NCBI RefSeq assembly: GCF_006345805.1 | Contig: NC_042998.1 | Coordinates: forward strand, 202,120,001 to 202,184,000 | DNA from: Octopus sinensis | Taxonomy: Eukaryota | Direction of reading: 5' to 3' | DNA: 64,000 bases | Shown: positions 24,801-35,108 of the stretch, one piece after another | How the letters are laid out: each line of letters begins with the position of its first letter | How positions within the stretch are numbered: position 1 is the stretch's first letter | Position numbers and translations under genes: made by a program | Notes under the pieces: generated by a model | Databases searched by the model: none | Told to the model about the DNA's origin: nothing | What the model saw: only the letters and a program-made list of their open reading frames with translations

Positions 24801-26314
24801 AGGAATATCTACATGAAGGATACTCGTGATTATTAAAAAAACGCATGCGGCACAGCTGCATGTTTGCCTTTCCGCTTTTGTTCTTCTAACGCGAGTATCT
24901 GTACATAGTCGAGGCGCCTAAGTGAAATATTAAATAAATCCCTCCTCTCAAATCATAAGTTACATTCATATTTAATGATAAATACAAGATACATAGGCCT
25001 GTTCCATTACAGTTTTCCTAGGACTAAACTATAAAAAAATCACAATAAACAAGTTTTCTGATTTATTTTACCATCGATAAGCAAATGCAATGGCAGATAA
25101 TTTGACTATTATTTTTCGAAAAATTATTCCACGTGAAAGATTGTTGTTGATATTTACTAATAGGCTATAACCAATAGTTGGTAAGGGATATTGATAGAGA
25201 GTTTCCGGTGTGTTGGACAAAATAATTTATAGTTTAGTTGTGAGTTTTAAGGCTCTAGATTGCTTCACTCAATGTTATGAATGGTAAGAACTAATGAATT
25301 ACTGAATTACATTGAATACACCCAGTAGCCAATTGCAAAGGTGAATAATGATTAATAAAGATGACAACTTAACAATCTACTTTTGGCACTGACATATTTG
25401 AGATAATAACTGTGGATATATGCACAACAATTATTGTTTGATTGCAGGATTTCCAACAAGGGACTCACAGATTATTGGCAATGACAATTCAAAAACCTAT
25501 TGCAACCTTTCCCCCATGGACCTTTGGTCTCATTTCCCTACCATTTTTTCGCTTCTGCGACATTTTCTGACGCTCAAAACTAGTTAGCTGCCTTCTTACC
25601 TACCTCACAGATTTGTCATAAACATTTCGCGCAAATTTTATTCATCAGAACTTCCCCTGCTGGTGATTAAACAGGTTTCTGTAGCAATGATCTCAGAAAA
25701 CTGAGAGTTCTTGCAAAATAATGGGTATTGTATATAGTGTTCTGACAAATTAACGAAATCTGACTTTATTGAATACATGTATATCTAGAGTAATTTTAAT
25801 ATTAAGTAAGCATGGCAGCAGACACCTGAGGACGTCACGTTGGCCTGTGTTCGGAGTAAACATAATGAAAGTAGTCTATTTGGAAAGCTTAAGTGCAGAT
25901 AAATAAATGAGTGTTTGGCTAGTTTCGTTATGTCTATTAGCACCTTTAATAAATTATCTCTTTTGTGGCCGCGCAAATCTACTCTTGATCGGATGGGCCA
26001 AGTTTAAATTATCATCAAACGAAGCAATATTAGAATGGTAAATGAAACACTTGTTTATGCTTATATATGCTGTTTAATCTCTACAGAAGCATTACACTCC
26101 AACGCGTACGATCAGCATCTCCAGACCATTTTGATGTTTACATCACATGGATATTGTTAATAGAGTTTATCAGAATTTGATTGAAGTGAAAGCGTGCAAC
26201 CCCGATATACTTTTCTATTTTTCCTAACATAATACGGTCTTTCAATTTTGTTTCTGAAATACCACATTAAAACTATTTATAACGGCCGCACCTTCTCATT
26301 TTCAATATCAATCT

Positions 26315-26440
26315 TTGTGTGTGTGTGTGTGTGTGTGTTTGAGAGAGAGAGAGAGAGTGTGTGTGTGTGTGTGTGTGTGTGAGTGTGTGTGTGTGTGTGA
26401 GTGAGTGTGTGTGTGTGTGTGTGTCTGTGTCTGTGTGTAT
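26315..26440. repeat. (TG)n/(GA)n microsatellite
   Basis: Directly visible. Confidence 0.96.
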
Positions 26441-27445
26441 GTGATAGCTTGTTTCCTACAAGCACCACAAAAAGATATTCTTGTCTGGACTTATGGGAGG
26501 AAAAAAAAGCATAGGTGAAATAAACCAGTTATAGACAATGCCTCAAGGTTTGAGATCGAATAGAAAGCTGATTAATTTGACACGCTGACTTTGAACCAAT
26601 TCCTCGGACGCCTAAATGGGAAAATAACTGACCTCATCCGAACAAATAGCTGAACCAACTTTAATGCTATTGATTTCGTTTTCCCCAAAATCGATTATAA
26701 TTATTTGCCATTTTCCCCTGAGACTATTTGGATAATTGTTATACAAACACTTTATAGATGCCTTATCAAAGTTATGATTTTGTCTGAGCGTCCAGTAGGA
26801 ATACGTTTATTATTAAAACGTCCATATATTCCTTCATTTATATTCCATGAGACAATTGACCACAATGTTACTTTCAAATATTTATCTATTACGGTGGCCA
26901 CAAGTGAAAAGTGTCAGATAAAATATGTTCTCTAGTCTTAAGTCTTATTGAAATGATCATATTTTAATGTGATCTCTCATTTGTTACGTAGTCGTAAATC
27001 TCAAATAAAATAAATAGAACAAATAATTATTCTCGAAAAGTCGCTAATGAAATTCTTTAGGAAATTAGCCGAGACAGGCAGCTGCATAAACAAACATTAT
27101 ACTTATCAGCTTACATATAAAGCACACAATGTTAACATGAGTTTATAAAAGAGATATCGTTGAGTGCACAAGATATTGTATCACCGTAACTGAAATGACA
27201 TCAGTTCAAATATCCTGCAGGGAGCTAGTGTTTTCCAACAAGTCATATAATTATGTGAGCTACAATTAACCTACTTAGTGAGAATATACATCACTGGTGG
27301 CGATTTTCAATCTAGAGTAGAAGCTTTCTATTAAATGAGAGTTATTTTGCTTTGCTACGTTCCTGACTTCATATACCGTAGCATAGTATTTTGATCATTG
27401 TCTTGCAAATATAATAGTGCCATTAATATATCAGAAGCGTCCTTT

Positions 27446-27660
27446 AAGGCAGCGAGATGGCAAAATCGTTAACGCATCGGATAGAATGTTTAGAGGCTTC
27501 TCGTCTGCCTACGTTCTGTGTTCAAATTTTGCCGATATTCACGTTGTCTTTCGTCCTTTAGACAGTGATAAAATAAGTAGCATTTGAACTCTGGGTTCAA
27601 GGTATTCGACTTATCCCCTCCACCAAATTTTCTAGCCTTGTGCCAAAATTTGAAATCAAT
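27446..27660 (+). mobile_element. SINE family B (tail type 1)
   Basis: aaggcagcgagatggcaaaatcgttaac...ttcaaatt...cgacttatccc...gccttgtgccaaaatttgaaatcaat. Confidence 0.82.
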
Positions 27661-27675
27661 GAATTGGAACCATCT

Positions 27676-27889
27676 AAGGTGGCAATCTGGCAGAATCGTT
27701 AGCATGCTGTGTAAAACAGCGGCATTTCGTCCGTCTTTTCATTTGTGTTCAAATTCCGCCAAGGTCGACTTTGTCTTTCATCCTTTCGGGTTGGATAAAA
27801 TAAGCACCAATTGGACACTGGGATCGAAATAATCGACTTATCCCTTTTCTCTAACTTGTTGGTTTTGTGCACAAATTTGAAACCCAATA
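27676..27889 (+). mobile_element. SINE family B (tail type 1)
   Basis: ctggcagaatcgttagc...ttcaaattccgccaaggtcgactttgtctttcatcctttcggg...aatttgaaacccaat. Confidence 0.85.
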
Positions 27890-27906
27890 TATTAGAAGGC
27901 TTATTT

Positions 27907-28067
27907 AAGGCGGTGATCTTGGCAGAATGGTTAACGCGACGAGCAAAATGCTTAGAGGCATTTCGTTAGTCCTCACGTTCTCAGTTCAAATTCGCACTGG
28001 AGTCGACATAATCGACTTATTCCCTCCACCTGAATTGCTGGCCTTGTGCTAAAATTTGAAATCAATA
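27907..28067 (+). mobile_element. SINE family B (tail type 1), internally deleted
   Basis: Head and tail present; gtcgac joined directly to ataatcgactta. Confidence 0.8.
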
Positions 28068-28398
28068 TATTGGAACCATTTTCAAAAAGTATAACTGTTT
28101 ATGTTATAAAAGTTGGGATTGAAACGTAGTAGTAACTGCTATCAATGTTGATAACGGATTTTATGACATTTTAAAGGTTTGAAAATCAAAGTTTACAAAG
28201 CATCGACTAAACATTTAATCTTTGTTGGAAAAAATATAAAAAAGTTGAACTTAGGGCCCAAACCCTCAAACAATAATTTTATGCCTTAAAATATTAGATG
28301 GCAAATTGGGCAATCTAGCTTTCAGTTGTTGGAGGACGTACAAAGTCATGGGCATTACATCTATCAAATGACTAAACCCATTAATATTTCTATTTATT

Positions 28399-28615
28399 AG
28401 GACTGTCAGCTAGCAGGCCGTTTAGCTTGCTAGGCGAAGTGCTAAGCGACATTCAGCCTGTCTTTACGTACTGAGTTCAAATTCTACCGAGGTCGACTTT
28501 ACCTTTAGTCCGTTCAGGAATGATAAAATTATCACTAGTGCAGCAACATGGTCGATGTAATCGACTTATCCCATCCCCCGATATTGTTGGCCTTGTGCCA
28601 AAATTTGAAACCAAT
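28399..28615 (+). mobile_element. SINE family B (tail type 1)
   Basis: gagttcaaattctaccgaggtcgacttt...ggtcgatgtaatcgacttatccc...ccttgtgccaaaatttgaaaccaat. Confidence 0.82.
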
Positions 28616-28653
28616 AATTAGACTAGTTGATTATTTTAACTGTAGGAGGGAAA

Positions 28654-29010
28654 CACTCCGTCGGTTACGACGACGAGCGTTCCGGTTGATCCGATCAACG
28701 GAACAGCCTTCTCGTGAAATTAACGTGTAAGTGGCTGAGCACTCCACAGACACGTGTACCCTTAACGTAGTTCTCGGGGATATTCAGCGTGACACAGAGA
28801 GTGACAAGGCCGGCCCTTTGAAATACAGGTACAACAGAAACAGGAAGTAAGAGTGAGAGAAAGTTGTAGTGAAAGAGTACAGCAGGGATCAAAACCATCC
28901 CCTGCCGGAGCCTCGTGGAGCTTTAGGTGTTTTCGCTCAATAAACACTCACAACGCCCGATCCTACGACCGCGAGTCCGCTGCCCTAACCACTGGGCCAT
29001 TGCGCCTCCA
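28654..29010 (-). mobile_element. tRNA-derived SINE family C (B-box deleted)
   Basis: Near-identical to 33192-33575 and 46102-46482. Flanks tattttaactgt / tatttaaactgt act as a TSD. Confidence 0.93.
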
Positions 29011-29529
29011 CTATTTAAACTGTTTAACATTGGGCATTGCTTTGTGCCATACATAAGAACGGTATGTTTATGTTCTGTAATATATGTATGTATTACTTCT
29101 ATCATTATAATCGTTCTTTAACCCGAAATTAAAGTTATCAGTATTTCCACATATTTCGTTAAATTCTTCAATATTTTAAAATTATATTTAGCTAGACTTC
29201 ATTCTCTGTCAGAATTAATATGTATTTATAATATTGTGCTGATATAAGTTAATCTCACTATATTATTAAGTAGAATATTTCTCTAGAATGACAGTACCTA
29301 CCCATCCGAATTTTTCGTTTCTTGTGTCATTTTGTAATATAGGTTTGTAACAAGTGTTCTTGGTTCCCATGCCACAATAGTGGCATAGTTTTCATTGTAT
29401 AAATCATTCAACTAAGTTACGTTGATGTCATAAACATTCTAAATGTTAGAATAGGTAAGCGGAAATATTGTGACTTATTGTTGAGTGAGTGGCATTAAAT
29501 ATGCTTGTTATATTTGTATATTCAACTTC

Positions 29530-29532
<3 letters not shown>

Positions 29533-29602
<70 letters not shown>

Positions 29603-29610
29603 TCTATTCT
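29533..29610. repeat. (TATC)n microsatellite
   Basis: Directly visible. Confidence 0.97.
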
Positions 29611-30099
29611 ATCTATTTTTATATCTGTGTGTACGTGTGTATTTTATATTTTTATTTTAGCATGGAACTGGATTTCTTAGGTGGGAAAATCTCTGTAAAC
29701 CATTTCTCATTTGCCTGATGTCATTGAGTTCTCGATGTGTATGTTAACGCCACACCATCGCATTTCATAGTCGTATTTTAAATTATATTCTATTTTTCAT
29801 AATACATCATTAGTGTCTCTCCATCTTACTGTTTTGGTTTCACAACATTTGATATTTGTTGAGCAGTGGGAAGATTGAGCAGAGTTATAATTTTAGCTGA
29901 TATTGTTCAAGTTTGCATTAGTTTCTATTTAGATTTAACATGCTCCTCGTCTCCTTCAGCAAATATTTTTACAATGGCTTTCTAATTGAATACGACATCT
30001 GTGTTGCAGCGATCGTGCAAATATGCATATTCATGGATACTTACATGCACACATACACACACAACTAATTATACGCACAAACACGCACACATATGCATG

Positions 30100-30174
30100 T
30101 ATGCATGTATGTATGTATGTATGTATGTATAGATAGATAGATAGATTGATAGATAGACAGACAGACAGACAAAC

Positions 30175-30236
<62 letters not shown>

Positions 30237-30346
30237 CTAGATAGATAGGTAGACAGATAGATAGACAGATAGATAGACAGATAGATAGACAGATAGACAG
30301 ACAGACAGACAGACATACATACAGACAGACAGACAGACAGACATAC

Positions 30347-30429
<83 letters not shown>

Positions 30430-30462
30430 CAGACAGATGGAAAGATAGATAGACAGACAGAC

Positions 30463-30532
<70 letters not shown>
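30100..30532. repeat. (TATG)/(GATA)/(GACA)n tetranucleotide array
   Basis: Directly visible. Confidence 0.97.
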
Positions 30533-30533
<1 letters not shown>

Positions 30534-30896
30534 AAATTCTGAATCTCAGCGATTTTGGATATATAATATTTTTCAAACAACACTTTATGTTTCTTCTATC
30601 CAGACACGCTCATTCACTTACATATTTTAAAATAACATAACACAACTTAGATTAGTATGAGTATACACAAATAAACATATACACAAACTCGAATACACAC
30701 CGACACATACATTTATATATATTACTTATTTGGGTTATTTAGTTTAAACAATATTAGTATTTGATTAATATATAGTATTCGATTTAATCTTGCCATTCTC
30801 TTTTCTCTCCGACATAACAATTATTGGAAATTATCTCTGTCTGTACTAATTTACTCGCAGGATTTCGGTCTTTTTTATTATTTTCTTTATAATTAA

Positions 30897-31293
30897 CTAG
30901 CAGTATCGCCCGGCGTTGCTCGGGTTTCTAAGGGAAATAAATATATAAGCATTTTTAGAGATGTAAAGTATAATAGCCATCTCAATATGGCTAACCACAA
31001 AGGGGGTGGGGTGTTACTGTAGCTTTTTACGTTCTGAGATTTAATCATAAACGTTTAGAGAGTTACTTCCCTTATATATGCCAAAAATGCATTAAAATGG
31101 GAAAAATTGATGGTAATTTTTTTTAAAATCGTAGACTCATCGTAGACGCGCGCTAATACCCAGAAGGGCTCGATATGAATCACGACTATAAGATACCCGG
31201 TTTTGGTTAAACTGCACCGCAAAATGTGGGAGTAGTTAGGAATCTAAATTGTTGGAGACAGACAGCACACAACCTCTCTTTTATATATAAAGA
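30897..31293 (-). mobile_element. Non-autonomous Helitron copy 3
   Basis: TC...hairpin-CTAG termini inserted between A and T with no TSD. Distinct internal segment at 30962-31053. Confidence 0.92.
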
Positions 31294-31724
31294 TTTCCGA
31301 GATGCTGAACTAGATCTGTTTTGTGGTCAATCTTGGATACTGAATTCTTATGTAACAGACGTTTCATATTTGGGACATAACCTTTGAAGTCATCATATGA
31401 TACTTCTAACTGTATCCAATTCTATATTTGTTGTGAATTCTAGAAAGAACAACAGGAAGCCTGGAGAATAAATTTTAAAAAAGGCAGAATTAACAAAACA
31501 GGGACACAGGGAGGGTCAAAGAGGTCTTTAAAAACTGATCTTAGCATAATTCGGTTTGCTTTTCACAATTTCCATTTTTTTTATTGATTGTTTGTTCGGT
31601 ATCTCCGATTTCTATTGGTGTTAATTTAATCAGATTGAAGTTGTTCAATTTTATACTATAGTAACAGTGGAAGCGGCAACGAAATCATTCTATATTCGGC
31701 TCTTATCTTTCACTCTAGGTGTAT

Positions 31725-31940
31725 ATTGATTCAAATTTTGACACAAAGCCAGCAAATTTCTGGGAGGGAGTAAGTAGATTACATCAACCCATGCGCTCAA
31801 CTGGTACTTATTTTATCCACCCCGAAAATATGAAAGGCAAAGTCGACCTCGGCGAAATTTGAACCCAGGCCGTACAGGTAGACAAAATGTCGCTAAACCC
31901 TTTCCCGGCGTGCTAACGATTCTGCCAGCTTGCTGCCTTA
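31725..31940 (-). mobile_element. SINE family B (tail type 1)
   Basis: gaaaggcaaagtcgacctcggcgaaatttgaac...gctaacgattctgccagcttgctgcctt. Confidence 0.88.
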
Positions 31941-31955
31941 ACCTCTAGCTATATG

Positions 31956-32155
31956 TTGGTTTCAAATTTTGGTACAAGGCCAGCAGTTTTGGAGGAGGGG
32001 CCAAGTCGAATAAATCGACCTCAGTGATCACTGGTATTTATTTTGTCGAATCTGAATCAACCTTGATGAAATTTGAACTCAGAACGTAGAGTTTGATGTA
32101 ATGCCGCTAAGCATCGTGACTGTCATGCTAAATGATTCTGCTAGCTCAAGGCCTT
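31956..32155 (-). mobile_element. SINE family B (tail type 1), tandem to previous
   Basis: ttggtttcaaattttggtacaaggccagca tail and aaatttgaactcagaacgta body. Confidence 0.82.
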
Positions 32156-32527
32156 AACCCTGACTATATATTAGCAATATATTTTGATCAAAATATGAGC
32201 GTGTACACAACACACTCTTAAAAATGGATTTTTGAGAGTTGCGTCAAGTTGGGATTAGCTTAGCTAAGGTATAGAAATTTATAAACACCATCTCAAAGTT
32301 TTGTTGTAGGCATTCACACGATATGATGTCCATTTAACATCAACCCCCTAAAATGTGCAAGCTTTTTCAATTCCTATGTTTGCTAAAACTTTGAGATGTT
32401 TATAGATTTTAGTATCTTAGCTACGATGTGATTTTCCAAAGATAACTTCCTTTATTATTATTGTTGTTGTTGCTGCTGCTGCTGCTGTTGTTGTTGTTGT
32501 TGTTATTCTTTTTGTTGTTGTTGTTGT

Positions 32528-32736
32528 TAAGACAGGAAGATGGCTGAACCGTTAGCACACCAGAGAAACTGCTTAGCAGCATTTAATCTCCGTTTACGTT
32601 CTGAGCTCGAATTCTGCTGATGATGATTTTGCCTTTCATACTTTCGGGGTTAATAAGATAAGAACTATCAAGTGCTGAAGTAGATATAATTGACTTCCTC
32701 CTCCGCTCAAACAATATTGGCCCTGTGCCAAAGCCT
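32528..32736 (+). mobile_element. SINE family B (tail type 1), diverged
   Basis: ccgttagcacacc...tttacgttctgagctcgaatt...ttttgcctttcatactttcgggg...ggccctgtgccaaa. Confidence 0.78.
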
Positions 32737-33191
32737 AAAAACATCTCTGATATTGCTCTAAAAATAGGGTTTGATATATGAGAAAATTTCTAGTGCTAAA
32801 ATGCTTCTTTATTTCTTATGACTAAATTGATCATGGCTTTGAGAAACTGGTCAATTACGCATTCATTTAGTCCTTTAAAGTGATTTTTAGAGTTTGTTTC
32901 TAACTTAAACCGTCCTTTAAGAATAAACAGTCCTAACCTCACAGATAGAGGCTATGGACTGCTGTCCGAAGAGCGCCTACAAAAAAGAATTTCTTACTGT
33001 TTTCTCTTCTTCATCCCATTCTGAACGAACAAGCAACCGCTGAAATGGCAGCTTCAGCAGCACCAACACCAAGGACATGAATACGGAGAACCGCAAAAGC
33101 ATATAACGCAATGAAATTATCAAAAGCCCGCAGCACACCAGACATTTCCTCGTCACTACAGGCAACGTCAATGATAATAACGATGGACATG

Positions 33192-33575
33192 GAAGCACTC
33201 CGTCGGTTACGACGGCCAGGGTTCCGCTTGATTCGAATCAACGGAACAGCCTGCTCGTGAAATTAACGTGTAAGTGGATGAGCACTCACACGGACATGTG
33301 TACCCTTAACGTAGTTCTCGGGGATATTCAGCGTGACACAGAGAGTGACAAGGCCGGCCCTTTGAAATAGAGGTACAGCAGAAACAGGAAGTAAGAGTGA
33401 GAGAAAGTTGTGGTGAAAGAGTACGGCAGGGATCACCACCATCCCCTGCCGGAGCCTCGTGGAGCTTTAAGGTGTTTTCGCTCAATAAACACTCACAACG
33501 CCCGGTCTGGGAATCGAAACCGCGATCCTACGACCGCGAGTCCGCAGCCCTAACCACTGGGCCATTGCGCCTCCA
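33192..33575 (-). mobile_element. tRNA-derived SINE family C, full length
   Basis: Head with A box TGGCCCAGTGG and B box GGTTTCGATTCC. TSD taataacgat at 33175-33184 and 33577-33586. Confidence 0.95.
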
Positions 33576-34943
33576 CTAATAACGATACAAGTAAAGCAAC
33601 AAATAATAATCATTAGCATCAAGAAAAATAACAGCGTTAATATTATGACCAAAATATGGAAATTGAAAATTAGCAACAGCAACAGTACAACGACATCCAC
33701 CCCCCACCGCCACCACAATGTCACTGCATTAACACTGATGCCAGCAATACTGTCAATAGCACGGCTAGTAACCCAACTCCTAATTGATTCCGCCTTCACT
33801 TGTCGATTAGAGAGAAAAGTTCAACTGCAGAAAGATTGGAAAATAATAAATATTTCCTGACGAAAATTGGTAAAAGTGTTCCTAAAAAAGATGGAGAGGC
33901 AGATTAAAAATGACATGTGGTAAATTAAACGTAGGAGTAAAAAAAAACAAAAAAAACAACAGAAAATGGGTCGTAAGCAAAAAAATTTAAAAACACTCAT
34001 TAAGAAGTATCTTACGAAATTGGGGGCACAACTTACTTTGTTCGACGGTAAGTGTTCACCTCGTTTGAAGAAACTTTCTTTACATTTCTATGAAGTAACA
34101 AACAGGTACTCAGCTGGAAAAATAAGATGAGGGACGATGTGCCAAAGGAAAGAAATATCAGAAGGGAACTAGTGATCGTTTTCTATTGAATATAGGAGAA
34201 CAACCCATGTGTTATAAGTCCACGGACTACGAAATAAAGGAAAAAATGGAAACCGGTCAACCATAGCGATTGAAATACTGACCAAAAAAAAACATCAGAA
34301 AAACAAGGAATCCATCACAGAGCTGTCTAGTCCGCAAAATTTCGTTGTTGAAAGAATGCTACCAGCATGCCACCTATGGATTAGTATAAACCATCCGAAG
34401 GGACTCTATTCCTAGCAAATTATGGTGACCACAATATCCGCTCTGTGGTCAACAACATTGACAGAAGAGAAACAAGAACAGTCATCGCGGTAGCAACGGA
34501 TGCAAATAGACGGACAACAGTGCTAATAAGCGAAACAGCGGTTCGAGACGGCGTAGGAAGAAGAGCTGCAGCAGCAGAAACAGAAACAGAAATAATGTAA
34601 CCAATAGCAATAACGTCACCCCCCCCCCCAACGTCAACATAGTACCACATGGCATATTTCTCTCCGCTTTTAAATAATTCTGACGTGTCTTTTAACAAAG
34701 ACGACAAACATGAACATTGTAACACTATCATTGTAAAGAAGGAGCGAAAGAAGAAAAGGGAGAAAAGACATTAGGGCACACAAAACCTAATCGGATTGAA
34801 GACTGAAGAACTGGTACATTATCATATGAACACCATTTTAACTACCACGAAAACCACATACAATACCAGCACTGCTACCAGCACAACAAATACAAACACA
34901 ACCTAATCTACGCCCACACAAATAACAAGAGTTTATGGGTTTT

Positions 34944-35108
34944 CGCGAGGAATACACACTAAGAGAGAGAATTCGCCGGAGAAACCTAATATCCGAACTA
35001 AAGATGAGGAAACAAATGGGAGAGAAGGGCTTACGAATCCAAGATGGACAGATAATCAAGTCCTACCTCTGGTCCCATGCTGTAGTGCTGACAGGGAAAG
35101 TGATGTGA
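34944..35108 (+). pseudogene. C-terminal fragment of LINE ORF1
   Basis: REEYTLRERIRRRNLISELKMRKQMGEKGLRIQDGQIIK resembles the basic-helix end of CR1/L2/Jockey ORF1 proteins. Confidence 0.7.

Noticed and set aside
27446-28615. Regularly spaced repeats suggesting a CRISPR-like array
   Set aside because: Units are ~200-bp diverged SINEs in eukaryotic DNA, with no short identical repeats or cas genes.
33480-33575. tRNA-like heads of SINE C, A and E as tRNA genes
   Set aside because: No complete cloverleaf or acceptor stem; they run directly into SINE bodies.
34000-34420. Possible ORF1-like remnant (IGEQPMCYK) upstream of the LINE
   Set aside because: Too degenerate and not continuous with the LINE.
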